Positions 38,055-47,192 of a stretch of 61,792 bases of DNA are shown here, piece by piece (position 1 is the first letter of the stretch; every line of letters begins with the position of its first letter). The DNA comes from Oscillospiraceae bacterium. Its GTDB lineage: Bacteria > Bacillota > Clostridia > Oscillospirales > Acutalibacteraceae. A program made the position numbers and the translations under genes. The stretch covers positions 12,971 through 74,762 of the forward strand of contig JAFLUN010000001.1 of assembly GCA_022508785.1 (NCBI GenBank). Direction: 5' to 3'. The notes beneath the pieces were generated by a model that saw only the letters and a list, made by a program, of their open reading frames with translations, was not told the origin of the DNA and made no database searches.

Positions 38055-38654
38055 TTAAATCTTTTCGAGCATAATTCCGTCTTTTTTTATAATACGGATT
38101 TGATCTCCGCTTACCATATAAGCATTACGGGATATTTCAATCATCGGCAAATCGCTTACGGAATCGGTATAAAACTCGTCAATTTGAACATCACCGTATT
38201 TTTCTTTGAAAAGAGCTACTTTTTTGTCTTTATAACAAATCTGTTGAATATCTCCCGTTGAAAAATTGACCTTTGAGCAAATATAATTATTTATACCCAA
38301 GCGGTCACACATAATTTTTAAAAGGCTTTCGGGACAAGCTGAAACGATAATGTCGTCCGCCTTGTGAATGTCGCGGTAAAATTTCTTTATCTTATGCTCA
38401 TTCAAATCCCAAAAACGGACAAATTCCTTTTCCATATCATCTGCAAAACCGTCACAGTACTCTTTTAAGAAAGTGCCGTATTTATTGATAACCTCATCAA
38501 TGGTTATAACCCCGTTTTTATATTTTATAAAGCCTTTAAAAAATTTCGGAATATACTTAAATACCCCTTTAGTGTCTAATCGCAGAAAATGAAGGAATAA
38601 ATCCAAGCCGGATTCACCGTCGTAAATTGTATTGTCAAAATCAAATACTCTCAA
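38055..38654 (-). CDS. HAD-superfamily hydrolase (subfamily IB-like)
   Basis: N-terminal motif I FDFDNT(I)YDG and C-terminal YTDSVSDLPM (motif IV). Confidence 0.7.
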   Translation of the reverse strand: MRVFDFDNTIYDGESGLDLFLHFLRLDTKGVFKYIPKFFKGFIKYKNGVITIDEVINKYGTFLKEYCDGFADDMEKEFVRFWDLNEHKIKKFYRDIHKADDIIVSACPESLLKIMCDRLGINNYICSKVNFSTGDIQQICYKDKKVALFKEKYGDVQIDEFYTDSVSDLPMIEISRNAYMVSGDQIRIIKKDGIMLEKI

Positions 38655-38665
38655 TTAAATACCTC

Positions 38666-39679
38666 TTAATATCCGTTAGGGTTGTTAGACTGCCAGCGCC
38701 AGGAATCCTCGCACATTTCTTCAATTCCTCTTTTAGCTTCCCAGCCCAGTTCTTCTTTTGCCTTTGACGGGTCTGAATAGCAAACCGCTATGTCGCCTGC
38801 ACGGCGGGGAGCAATTTTATAAGGTAATTCCTTGCCGTAGGCTTTGTTAAATGCTTTTACAATATCAAGAACGCTGTAACCTACGCCTGTTCCAAGGTTA
38901 AATACTTGAACCCCTTTTTCGCCTTCAAGGATATTTTCAACGGCTTTAACATGACCTTCCGCCAAATCCACAACATGAATGTAATCTCTAACTCCCGTGC
39001 CGTCAGGTGTGTCATAATCGTCGCCGTAAACGCTCAAAAACAGACGTTTGCCAATTGCAACCTGAGTAATGTACGGCATAAGATTGTTGGGTATTCCGTT
39101 GGGATTTTCACCTATCTTGCCGCTTTTGTGAGCGCCGATAGGATTGAAATAGCGAAGAAGCGTAGCGTTCCACTCACTGTCTGCCTTGCAAATATCTTCA
39201 AGAATTATTTCTATCATATATTTTGTTGTGCCGTAAGGATTAGTTGTGCCGCCTGTTTTCATTGTTTCCTTTAAGGGCGAAACATTATTCATACCGTAAA
39301 CGGTGGCTGACGAGCTGAAAACGATATTTTTGCATCCGTTATTTCTCATAACATCGCAAAGCTTTAAAGTTCCACCGATATTATTGTCATAATATTCCAG
39401 CGGCTTTTCGCAGGATTCACCTACCGCTTTAAGACCGGCAAAATGAATTACGGCGTCAATTTTATTCTCTTTAAAAATTTTGTCCATTCCTTCAGTATCA
39501 CGAATGTCACATTCATAAAACTTAAAGTCTTTTCCCGTTAGTTCTTTAATTCTGTCGAGCACCTTGGGGCTTGAATTGTAATAATTGTCGACTATTACAA
39601 CTCCGAACCCTGCATTCAAAAGCTCAACGCAGGTGTGCGAACCGATATAACCTGCTCCGCCCGTTACTAAAATATTCAT
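38666..39679 (-). CDS. galE: UDP-glucose 4-epimerase
   Basis: GGAGYIGSH Rossmann motif and the YGTTK catalytic motif. ATG 39679 overlaps the upstream TGA by 1 nt, with GGAGG 8 nt upstream. Confidence 0.9.
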   Translation of the reverse strand: MNILVTGGAGYIGSHTCVELLNAGFGVVIVDNYYNSSPKVLDRIKELTGKDFKFYECDIRDTEGMDKIFKENKIDAVIHFAGLKAVGESCEKPLEYYDNNIGGTLKLCDVMRNNGCKNIVFSSSATVYGMNNVSPLKETMKTGGTTNPYGTTKYMIEIILEDICKADSEWNATLLRYFNPIGAHKSGKIGENPNGIPNNLMPYITQVAIGKRLFLSVYGDDYDTPDGTGVRDYIHVVDLAEGHVKAVENILEGEKGVQVFNLGTGVGYSVLDIVKAFNKAYGKELPYKIAPRRAGDIAVCYSDPSKAKEELGWEAKRGIEEMCEDSWRWQSNNPNGY

Positions 39680-41856
39680 CAATTTGCCTCCTTAGCAAGC
39701 GTTGTATTCGCAAAATATGTTTTGAGGATTCTCTCATAATTGTAGCCTTTTCCTGCTAAAGCGTTTGCCCCAGCTTTACTCATACCTACACCGCAGCCGA
39801 CACCGTATGAGGTAAATGTAAACGTTTCAGAAGAGCTGTCATAGCTGAGCTTAAAGCAGCTTGATTTAATTCCGAGATCTGAAAGCTTTGTAATAAATTC
39901 GTATCCTGTTAAATCCTGGCCGCCTACTCTGACGGATTTAACATAGCCTACCGATGAAGAAACGGCATTATTGCGCTCTCTTACGATTATCCATTTTGTG
40001 GGGTCGGAATCAACGTCAATTTCGAAATCTGCTTTAAGAAGGATTCCCTGAACCTCACCGCGCTTGAGCTGAACCGTATTTTCATATCCTTCAACAGAAG
40101 CTTCGGGGTTACCGTCAAGTCTTGAAACAGCTCGAAGATACGGATATCTTTCGCTGAATACCATTGATGCGTCGGCAGTACCGCCTGCTGCAATTTCAAA
40201 GAACGGTGTAAGAGCAACCTCTCCGTTGTAGGAAATGTATCTGCCGAACACATCGCTTACTGCAACCTCAACCTCTTGTGTAACAGCCTTTTCTATCTGT
40301 ACGCCGTCAATTTGGAAACCGTTGTCCTTGTATTTAAGATACGTGTAAATTACAATAGCCTGGGCTTTTATAGCTTCCATTTCGTAGCCTTCGCCCATTT
40401 CAGTCATAACAAGACCTGCAATAGCGTCTTTGGCAGGCAATTTTTCACCGTTAACGGTTATAAATTCGGGAGCGCCTTTGTCTTCCTCAACCTCGCCCTC
40501 GGAGGGTTTTTCTTCGCCCTCCGTGTTGTTCGTAGCAGGTTCGGATTCCGATGGCTTTTCCGCTTCTTCCCTGTGCTTTTTCTCAATTTCAAGTATATCC
40601 CCAATTATAAAGTCGGATATTTTAAGCTTATTCTCGTTAGTTTCTGGCGCCGGTTCTGTGGTAGGCGCCTGAGTTGTGGGCGGTTCGGTTGTTGATTCTG
40701 TTGTAGTTTCATAACCGAATAATTTACGAAGGGCAGTTGCAGCAGAGCCGTTTTCACCCTGCATTTTGAATACAACTGCAAGCACTGCGCAAAGAAGAAT
40801 TACAACGCCTAAAATAATTGCAAGTATGGTTACTGTTTTTTTGCTTGACTTTTTCTCCATTGGCTCTGCAGGTTCGGAAGGAGCATCAGACACCTCAATG
40901 CCGACGCTTCTGATTCCTGCGGCTCTTTCGCCGATAAGCTCATAAAGCTCTGCCGCAACACTTTCAATAAAAGCTTCTTCCGTTTCACCGTCGTCAAGGT
41001 AAAGCTTTCTTACGGTTGCATTTTCGTCATCAGCAACTGCAATGCAAATATATTTTGACTCCCCTGTTTCGTAAATATCGCTTATGGAAGCGCCAATGTT
41101 GGCGGCGGACAAATCAAGACTTACGCGGGCGAGCTGTGCGGCATATTCTGTGGCATTAACCTCGCCTTTATCCTCAACGTGAGGAGTAAACACCACTACG
41201 TCGTTGAAGTGCTCAACTGCTTCGCCTAAATTTTTCAACGCTTCGGAATTTGCCGTGCCGTTAACAGCAACAACAGAGCCTGTCTCCCAAAGCCGTGAAA
41301 TTGCAATTTCTACTTTTTCATTATCAAAGTGCTGTGTTTCCGAAAGAATGCTTGCAACTTCTCCGCCGAGACCTTCTGCCAAATAGGGAACAACACCGTT
41401 ACGAAGAATTATATTGATTCTGTCGTCGTCAATTGGAATTACAACAATATATTTTTCACCGTTGTCTATTCCGAAGCCCGAATACATTCCGTCTTTTGAA
41501 AGGAAAACCGTTGCAGGCTCGGGGAAGGATGCGAAATCCTTTCTCTGCTCGTCGGAAAGAGAGTCGTTATTTTCAAGCATATTAAGAACTGCCGGGCTTT
41601 GAACATTTTCAACCTCAAACGCCTGAGCTATAGCAGTTTTAAGCTTGAAATAACGCTTTTTGTCAACAGCAATTACGATTATATCGTCATTTTGAAGCGC
41701 ATTCTGAAAGCCTTCAAACAAATTGAGCATTTTTTCATAATGCACAAAGGTTTCATTACCCTCAGTATATTCTTTTAAGCTGCTGACTACCCTTGCCTGA
41801 AATTTTGCAAAGGGAATGCTCTTTTCAGTATTAAGCGATAAAAGTCTAACCTTCAT
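39679..41856 (-). CDS. SpoIID/LytB-domain protein with a large N-terminal cytoplasmic module and a single TM helix
   Basis: The C-terminus has [25 protein letters not shown]...[32 protein letters not shown]...[31 protein letters not shown], the SpoIID signature. TM helix is [22 protein letters not shown], followed by a Thr/Pro/Glu linker. AAAGGTGA precedes the ATG at 41856. Confidence 0.8.
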   Translation of the reverse strand: MKVRLLSLNTEKSIPFAKFQARVVSSLKEYTEGNETFVHYEKMLNLFEGFQNALQNDDIIVIAVDKKRYFKLKTAIAQAFEVENVQSPAVLNMLENNDSLSDEQRKDFASFPEPATVFLSKDGMYSGFGIDNGEKYIVVIPIDDDRINIILRNGVVPYLAEGLGGEVASILSETQHFDNEKVEIAISRLWETGSVVAVNGTANSEALKNLGEAVEHFNDVVVFTPHVEDKGEVNATEYAAQLARVSLDLSAANIGASISDIYETGESKYICIAVADDENATVRKLYLDDGETEEAFIESVAAELYELIGERAAGIRSVGIEVSDAPSEPAEPMEKKSSKKTVTILAIILGVVILLCAVLAVVFKMQGENGSAATALRKLFGYETTTESTTEPPTTQAPTTEPAPETNENKLKISDFIIGDILEIEKKHREEAEKPSESEPATNNTEGEEKPSEGEVEEDKGAPEFITVNGEKLPAKDAIAGLVMTEMGEGYEMEAIKAQAIVIYTYLKYKDNGFQIDGVQIEKAVTQEVEVAVSDVFGRYISYNGEVALTPFFEIAAGGTADASMVFSERYPYLRAVSRLDGNPEASVEGYENTVQLKRGEVQGILLKADFEIDVDSDPTKWIIVRERNNAVSSSVGYVKSVRVGGQDLTGYEFITKLSDLGIKSSCFKLSYDSSSETFTFTSYGVGCGVGMSKAGANALAGKGYNYERILKTYFANTTLAKEAN

Positions 41857-41970
41857 TTTAATCACCTTTCAGTACATTTTTCACACAAGCGTTATAAAAA
41901 TCGCCTTGCGAACAGTACCGTTCCTTTCTTCGTTTTTCACACACAACACACGTTTAATTTATAAAACTAT
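41857..41970 (-). promoter_or_regulatory. Conserved 5' leader, copy C (unclassified cis-regulatory RNA candidate)
   Basis: The minus strand reads GUGUGAAAAACGAAGAAAGGAACGGUACUGU (core 41912-41943). It is followed by UCGC-AAG-GCGA plus U5 and a second GUGUGAAAAAUGUACUGAAAGGUGAUU module that carries the SD. Confidence 0.55.
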
Positions 41971-43242
41971 TTACGGAGTCCAATTCGTATCATCTTTGTA
42001 TGCGTTTGCCATACCCTTTGCATCGTACCACGCCTGCGGATACCTGGGAGCAGGGTTTATTTCCACTCCGCTTGTATCTACGCTTGTATCCTCATTTTCA
42101 CGGCAAAGCCTTGCCATAATTACAAGCCTTGCGTCAGAAAATTCGTAGGAGCAGGTTGAAAGGGTAAGAATTTTATCATCAGGCAGTACGCTTACATTCG
42201 TATTGAAAATACTTCTCTTCTGTACTTCCTGAATAAAGCTCATAAATTGATCGTCCGATGAAAAATCCGTTATAGTGTAGTTAAACAAATAACCGTTGTC
42301 ATCTTTAGGATTGCCGTTTGACACAAAAGCCGCAAATATTTTGAAATAATATGTTTTGTAAATAGTATCATACTCAATGATGGGAGATTCTTTGTAGCCT
42401 TCTATCGTTTTATATTTATCAAGGTTTGAGAAAATAAGTCCGTCGCTCATATGATGACCGTAAATTACGTTATTATCGTTAAAATATTTGGCATCGTTTC
42501 TGTAATCGAGGAACGGGCACCCGTAACGGCTTTTTTTGCCGTAGAAATCCGTTTTTAAATATTTTGAATTATCGCCTGCCTGAACGACCTGAACGTCAAG
42601 GTTAGTACCGTCAATTTTAAGCCAGCCTACAAGCTCGGGGTTAACGGCATAAAGATAAGCATATTTAAGGTTCATGCCCTCGGGAAATTCAACGGAAGGA
42701 TATTTTGAAAAAAGCTCCTGCCACGCCTCGTCATACTGGTCCGAATTGAAATTATCCGTTTCGACTACTAAGTTGTGAATATTATTATTATCTTTTTTGT
42801 GAAGAAAATGCTGGGTGATAAGCACACCGAAAGCAATTACGCAGCCGATTATTGTGACTACGGAAATATCCATAACGATTTTACGGGCCTTCTCACGCTT
42901 TTTATCTTCTTTTTTAGGAAGAAATTTTCCGAAGAAATCAGCAAAAATCTCATTAAAGGTTCTTACCTTTTTTTCAGTCGTTTCAGCTTTTTCAGCCGTT
43001 TCAGTCTCTTTTTTCTCAGGCTCGCTCTTTTTTACATACTGGGCCGTAACGTCAACGAAGGTCATTCCGTTTTCGGTAAAGGTCTTTATCCCTAAATCAT
43101 CGGAAGCCGCTTCGTTTATATTTTTCTCAATTTCAGCAACAATATCGTTTGATTCAGGCGTTGGGTCGGAATTTGACATTCCGTCAAGCTCTTCTAAAAG
43201 ATCGTCAAATGAATTGTTGTCATTCGGTTTGTTTTCGCTCAT
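41971..43242 (-). CDS. srtB: Class B sortase with a long acidic N-terminal extension
   Basis: VGWLKIDGTNLDVQVVQAGDNSKYL...VIYGHHMSDGLIFSNL...LTLSTC...ARL are SrtB motifs, with a TM helix near residue 130. ATGA overlap with the upstream sortase stop, preceded by AGGAGG. Confidence 0.82.
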   Translation of the reverse strand: MSENKPNDNNSFDDLLEELDGMSNSDPTPESNDIVAEIEKNINEAASDDLGIKTFTENGMTFVDVTAQYVKKSEPEKKETETAEKAETTEKKVRTFNEIFADFFGKFLPKKEDKKREKARKIVMDISVVTIIGCVIAFGVLITQHFLHKKDNNNIHNLVVETDNFNSDQYDEAWQELFSKYPSVEFPEGMNLKYAYLYAVNPELVGWLKIDGTNLDVQVVQAGDNSKYLKTDFYGKKSRYGCPFLDYRNDAKYFNDNNVIYGHHMSDGLIFSNLDKYKTIEGYKESPIIEYDTIYKTYYFKIFAAFVSNGNPKDDNGYLFNYTITDFSSDDQFMSFIQEVQKRSIFNTNVSVLPDDKILTLSTCSYEFSDARLVIMARLCRENEDTSVDTSGVEINPAPRYPQAWYDAKGMANAYKDDTNWTP

Positions 43243-44249
43243 CTATTTACCTCCTGAGGATACCATTTTTCATCATCTTTATACGGATTGGGAATACCGT
43301 TTTTATCATACCAAAGCTGAGGATATTTGGGCGACGGATTTACCGTAACGTTTTCTGTGTTAACACTGTCACTTTCCCCCGCTCTGAGCTTTCTTGCAAG
43401 AACGACAAAACGCGTGTCTGCCCTGTAAGAGATTTTGCCTTTGCTGTAAAGGTCAAGCTTTCGGATACAGGTTGAAAGAATAAGCATATTATCGTCGTCA
43501 TTTATATCAACATCGGTAACATACAGTCTGCGTTTATTGACCTCGTTTATAAACCCGTCAAAATTTTCCCCATCCATATAGGGATAAATATAGTTGAAAA
43601 TGTATCCGTTATCTTCTTCTGCCTTTGCATTGGTTATAAAGACCGCATACACCTTCCATTTTTCTTTCCCGTTTACGGTTGAAAACTCAATAACGGGAGA
43701 CGATTTATAAAAATCAATATCCTGATATTTTTCAAGCTCTGAAAACATTGTGCCGTCATAACAGTTGTGACCGTAAAGAATGGTATTAGCATCAAAATTC
43801 TCGGGATCGTTTCTGTAATCCATAAAAACCGTTCCGCGGCGGTCATAGTTTTTATAAAAATCGTGAGTTAAATAATATGAATTATCCGAATATTTTACGA
43901 CAGGCAGGCTGATTGATGTGTTGGGAACTTTTATCCACCCCACAAAGCCGGGATTTATGGCTACCATTTCGTCAAAATTAAAATCCGCTTCCTCGCTGAC
44001 ATCCGGTTCAAAAACAGCTTCTAATTTGTTATTCATTTCAATGTTTTCTTGGCGTTTCATATGATTGCGGATAATCAACGCCGCAGCGCAAGAGAAAACA
44101 ATAATACTTATCAAGAGAATAATAATTGCGATTACAGATATTTTTCGGCGCGGCTTTTTTGCGCCTTTCGTTTCGTTTGCGCCCTCTGACAAAATATTTT
44201 TGTTTTCATTTTCGCTGAATTTTTCAATATTGTTCTTATTAAGTTCCAA
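43239..44249 (-). CDS. srtB: Class B sortase (tandem paralogue)
   Basis: VGWIKVPNTSISLPVVKYSDNSYYL...ILYGHNCYDGTMFSEL...LILSTC...ARK. TTG start lies 6 nt after AGGTGA. Confidence 0.82.
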   Translation of the reverse strand: MELNKNNIEKFSENENKNILSEGANETKGAKKPRRKISVIAIIILLISIIVFSCAAALIIRNHMKRQENIEMNNKLEAVFEPDVSEEADFNFDEMVAINPGFVGWIKVPNTSISLPVVKYSDNSYYLTHDFYKNYDRRGTVFMDYRNDPENFDANTILYGHNCYDGTMFSELEKYQDIDFYKSSPVIEFSTVNGKEKWKVYAVFITNAKAEEDNGYIFNYIYPYMDGENFDGFINEVNKRRLYVTDVDINDDDNMLILSTCIRKLDLYSKGKISYRADTRFVVLARKLRAGESDSVNTENVTVNPSPKYPQLWYDKNGIPNPYKDDEKWYPQEVNR

Positions 44250-44251
44250 TT

Positions 44252-44731
44252 CTATTCACCTGCGAGACTTATAAGAATTTTTAAAGCTTCGTCCGAAGCG
44301 CTTTCACGGTTATTTCGCCTAACGTCACCCGTGAATTTATTTTCAAGTTTTTTTACTACTGTTTTTTTGCCGTTTGACCCTGCAATAAAAATCAAACCTA
44401 CGGGCTTTTCGGTGTTATCGGAACCGGGCCCTGCAATTCCCGAAACGGCAACGGCTAAATCCGCCTTTGAGAGCTTTAAAACGCCTGATACCATTTCACG
44501 AACGGTTTGCTCGCTCACGGCGCCGTATTGGCGAAGAGTTTCTTCTGATACGCCTAAAACAGAATGCTTTATTTCATTACTGTAGCTGACTATTCCGCAA
44601 TTAAACACTGACGACGAGCCGCTGACATCCGTTATGCGCTTTGCAATAAGACCGCCCGTGCAGGATTCAGCAGTCGAAGCTACAAGCTGTTTTTCTTTGA
44701 GAAGCGATACTAATGTTTCCTCAAGGAGCAT
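44252..44731 (-). CDS. pncC: Nicotinamide-nucleotide amidohydrolase (CinA C-terminal domain, PncC)
   Basis: STAESCTGGLIAKRITDVSGSS...GIVSYSNEIK...VSGIAGPG...KPVGLIFI. Confidence 0.85.
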   Translation of the reverse strand: MLLEETLVSLLKEKQLVASTAESCTGGLIAKRITDVSGSSSVFNCGIVSYSNEIKHSVLGVSEETLRQYGAVSEQTVREMVSGVLKLSKADLAVAVSGIAGPGSDNTEKPVGLIFIAGSNGKKTVVKKLENKFTGDVRRNNRESASDEALKILISLAGE

Positions 44732-45903
44732 TAAAATCCAACCACCGTTACTTTAGTATTATCAAGCGCTCGCTGTACAAGCGCTTCGATATCAAGATTT
44801 TTCTCAACCTCTTCAAGCATTTGAACAGTAGGCTTTGTTTTGGGGTGCTTGGGCGTGAATACCGTACAGCAGTCCTCAAAGGGTTCTATTGAAATGTCAA
44901 AGGTGCCGATTTTTCTTGAAACCGTTATTATTTCGTCTTTATCGTTGCCGATAAGGGGACGGAAAACGGGCATTGCGGCAACTGCATCTGTGCAGGCAAT
45001 TGCAGGTAAAGTCTGGCTTGCAACCTGACCTAAGCTCTCTCCGGTTATGAGCGCCTTACTGTCTTCCTTTTCGGCGATTTCAGATGCAATTCGCATCATA
45101 AATCTTCGCATTACAAGAGTGAACATATCTTCAGGGCAGTTGTCGCGGATTTCTTCCTGAATTTCGGTAAATCCGACCGTAAAAAGAGTTATACTGCCGC
45201 TGTATGCTGCAACCTGCTTTAAAAGCCTGTGTACTTTGTCCTCAGACTGAGGGGAAGTGTACGGCGGAGAGGCAAAATGAACCGCATTGAGAACAAGACC
45301 TCTTTTTGCCATCATAAAGGCGGCCACGGGACTGTCAATTCCGCCTGAAATTAACACCGTTGACTTGCCTGCCGTTCCCGTGGGAAGACCCCCTGCGCCT
45401 TTAAGCTGATTTCCTCTTATAAAGGCGAATTTTTCACGAATTTCTATTGTAACGATTATTTCTGGATTTCTTACGTCTACTCTTAAATGGGGAAATTCGG
45501 AAAGGATTGCACCGCCGACCTCTGCCGAAATCTCTGGCGAGGTTAAGGGGAATTTTTTATCTGAACGCTTTGCCTCGACCTTAAAGGTCTTTGCAAATCT
45601 TAACTGGTCTTCGAGATATTTGGGAGCGTATTTGCAAATTTCCGCCATATCCTTTGGCACCTGCAACGCTCTTGAATACCTTGCAATTCCGAACACTCTG
45701 CCGATACGCCCTGCAACCTCGTCCATATCAATATCATCAGTTGCGGGAATAACGGAAACGGTTGACTGCTCCTTGCGGTATTCAAATTCGCCCAAAGGCT
45801 TAATCCGTTTGCGAATATTCTTTATGAGAATGTCCTCAAAAGTGGCTCTGTTAAGCCCCTTTAGGGCAAGCTCTCCGTTTTTAATAAGGATTATTTCTTT
45901 CAT
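44731..45903 (-). CDS. thiI: tRNA 4-thiouridine(8) synthase ThiI
   Basis: MKEIILIKNGELALKG (N-terminus), THUMP region and PP-loop LISGGIDSPVA. AGGAGA precedes the ATG at 45903, and the track's longer ORF overlaps the desulfurase. Confidence 0.88.
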   Translation of the reverse strand: MKEIILIKNGELALKGLNRATFEDILIKNIRKRIKPLGEFEYRKEQSTVSVIPATDDIDMDEVAGRIGRVFGIARYSRALQVPKDMAEICKYAPKYLEDQLRFAKTFKVEAKRSDKKFPLTSPEISAEVGGAILSEFPHLRVDVRNPEIIVTIEIREKFAFIRGNQLKGAGGLPTGTAGKSTVLISGGIDSPVAAFMMAKRGLVLNAVHFASPPYTSPQSEDKVHRLLKQVAAYSGSITLFTVGFTEIQEEIRDNCPEDMFTLVMRRFMMRIASEIAEKEDSKALITGESLGQVASQTLPAIACTDAVAAMPVFRPLIGNDKDEIITVSRKIGTFDISIEPFEDCCTVFTPKHPKTKPTVQMLEEVEKNLDIEALVQRALDNTKVTVVGF

Positions 45904-45910
45904 AACAATT

Positions 45911-47038
45911 TTATCTCCTGATGCGCTCTGCCGTTTTAACAATTTTATCAAACAGCAATTGCATCTCATCTTCATTAGTGTATTTTGAAAGGCTGATTCT
46001 AAGCGCGCTGTCAATTCTTGCAGGCTCAATATTCATTGACGATAAAACACCGCTCCTGTGCCCTTTTGAACAGGCAGATCCTGCCGAAACGCATATACCC
46101 TCACTTGACAGTGAATTGAGCATTACCTGCGACGGAACGCCCTTGACGGAAACGTTTAAAATATAGGGAAGCGCATCTTCGGGGGAATTTATATAAACAT
46201 AATCAAGGGTTGATAGTTTTTTAAGCAATCCGTCACGCAAATTTTTAACCTTATTAAAGTTTTCATCAACAGAGCCAATGTTATTTACTGCCTCGCCGAA
46301 TGCGCAAAGCGCAGGCATTGCCTCCGTCCCCGACACAAGACCGCTTTCCTGCCCGCCGCCTACAATTGCGGGCTTTATGCGAACATTTTTATTGACATAA
46401 AGCGCACCTGAGCCTTTAAGTCCGTGGATTTTGTGGGCGCTCATACTCATTAAATCAATTCCCGATTTTGCGGGATTTATTTTAATTTTGCCGAAACCTT
46501 GCACAGCATCACAATGGTAAAGAGCGTTTGAGCGCTTTGCCTTTATTATACTCTTAACCTTGTCAAAATCCTGAATTGAGCCAACCTCGTTATTGACCGC
46601 CATTAAGCTTACGAGAACGGTATTTTCATCAACGGCATTATACAAGCTGTCAAGACTTATTTTTCCGTTTTTGTCAGGCTCTAAAAACACGGGTGAAAAA
46701 CCCTGCTCACCCAAAAGTTCAAAATTTTTAATAACGCTGGGGTGCTCAATGCGTGAGGTAATAATTTTTTTGCCGTTACGCTTTTGAGCAGATGCCGTTC
46801 CGAGAATTGCCGTCATATTAGACGCCGTACCGCCTGAGGTAAAATAAATTTCACGGGGTTCAGCCCCGATAAAATCTGCAATAGACTTTCTTGCACTTTC
46901 AAGCTCTTTTTTGGCTTCAAAGCCTAAAAAATGAAGCGATGAGGGATTTCCGTAGCAAACGGAGGCTATGTGCATAGCTTTTTTTACAGCCTCTTCACAG
47001 GGCTTGGTTGTAGCGCTGTTGTCAAGATATGCGTTCAA
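45911..47038 (-). CDS. Cysteine desulfurase (NifS/IscS family), paired with thiI
   Basis: YLDNSATT, PLP-Lys SAHKIHGLKG and active-site Cys SAGSACS. Confidence 0.88.
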   Translation of the reverse strand: MNAYLDNSATTKPCEEAVKKAMHIASVCYGNPSSLHFLGFEAKKELESARKSIADFIGAEPREIYFTSGGTASNMTAILGTASAQKRNGKKIITSRIEHPSVIKNFELLGEQGFSPVFLEPDKNGKISLDSLYNAVDENTVLVSLMAVNNEVGSIQDFDKVKSIIKAKRSNALYHCDAVQGFGKIKINPAKSGIDLMSMSAHKIHGLKGSGALYVNKNVRIKPAIVGGGQESGLVSGTEAMPALCAFGEAVNNIGSVDENFNKVKNLRDGLLKKLSTLDYVYINSPEDALPYILNVSVKGVPSQVMLNSLSSEGICVSAGSACSKGHRSGVLSSMNIEPARIDSALRISLSKYTNEDEMQLLFDKIVKTAERIRR

Positions 47039-47192
47039 TTACAATCCCCCAAATTACAGATTTAATCATCATAAATTATACAACATAATTGTTTAATTTG
47101 CAATTAAAAAACTGTAAAAACAAGCGGATATTTTTAAATTTTCTGTTAACAATAGATTTAAGTTTAGAAAAATACTCCAAGGAGAGAAAAAT

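Noticed and set aside
37754-38261. Track ORFs 37754-37936 (minus) and 37983-38261 (plus)
   Set aside because: They overlap the RNase P RNA gene, and the second is antisense to the HAD hydrolase. The local GC-rich sequence is explained by rnpB structure.
42815-43348. 177-aa plus-strand ORF, and the similar 203-aa ORF at 51871-52482
   Set aside because: They are antisense to the sortase and CvpA genes respectively. Their translations are low-complexity Ser/Phe-rich with no start context.
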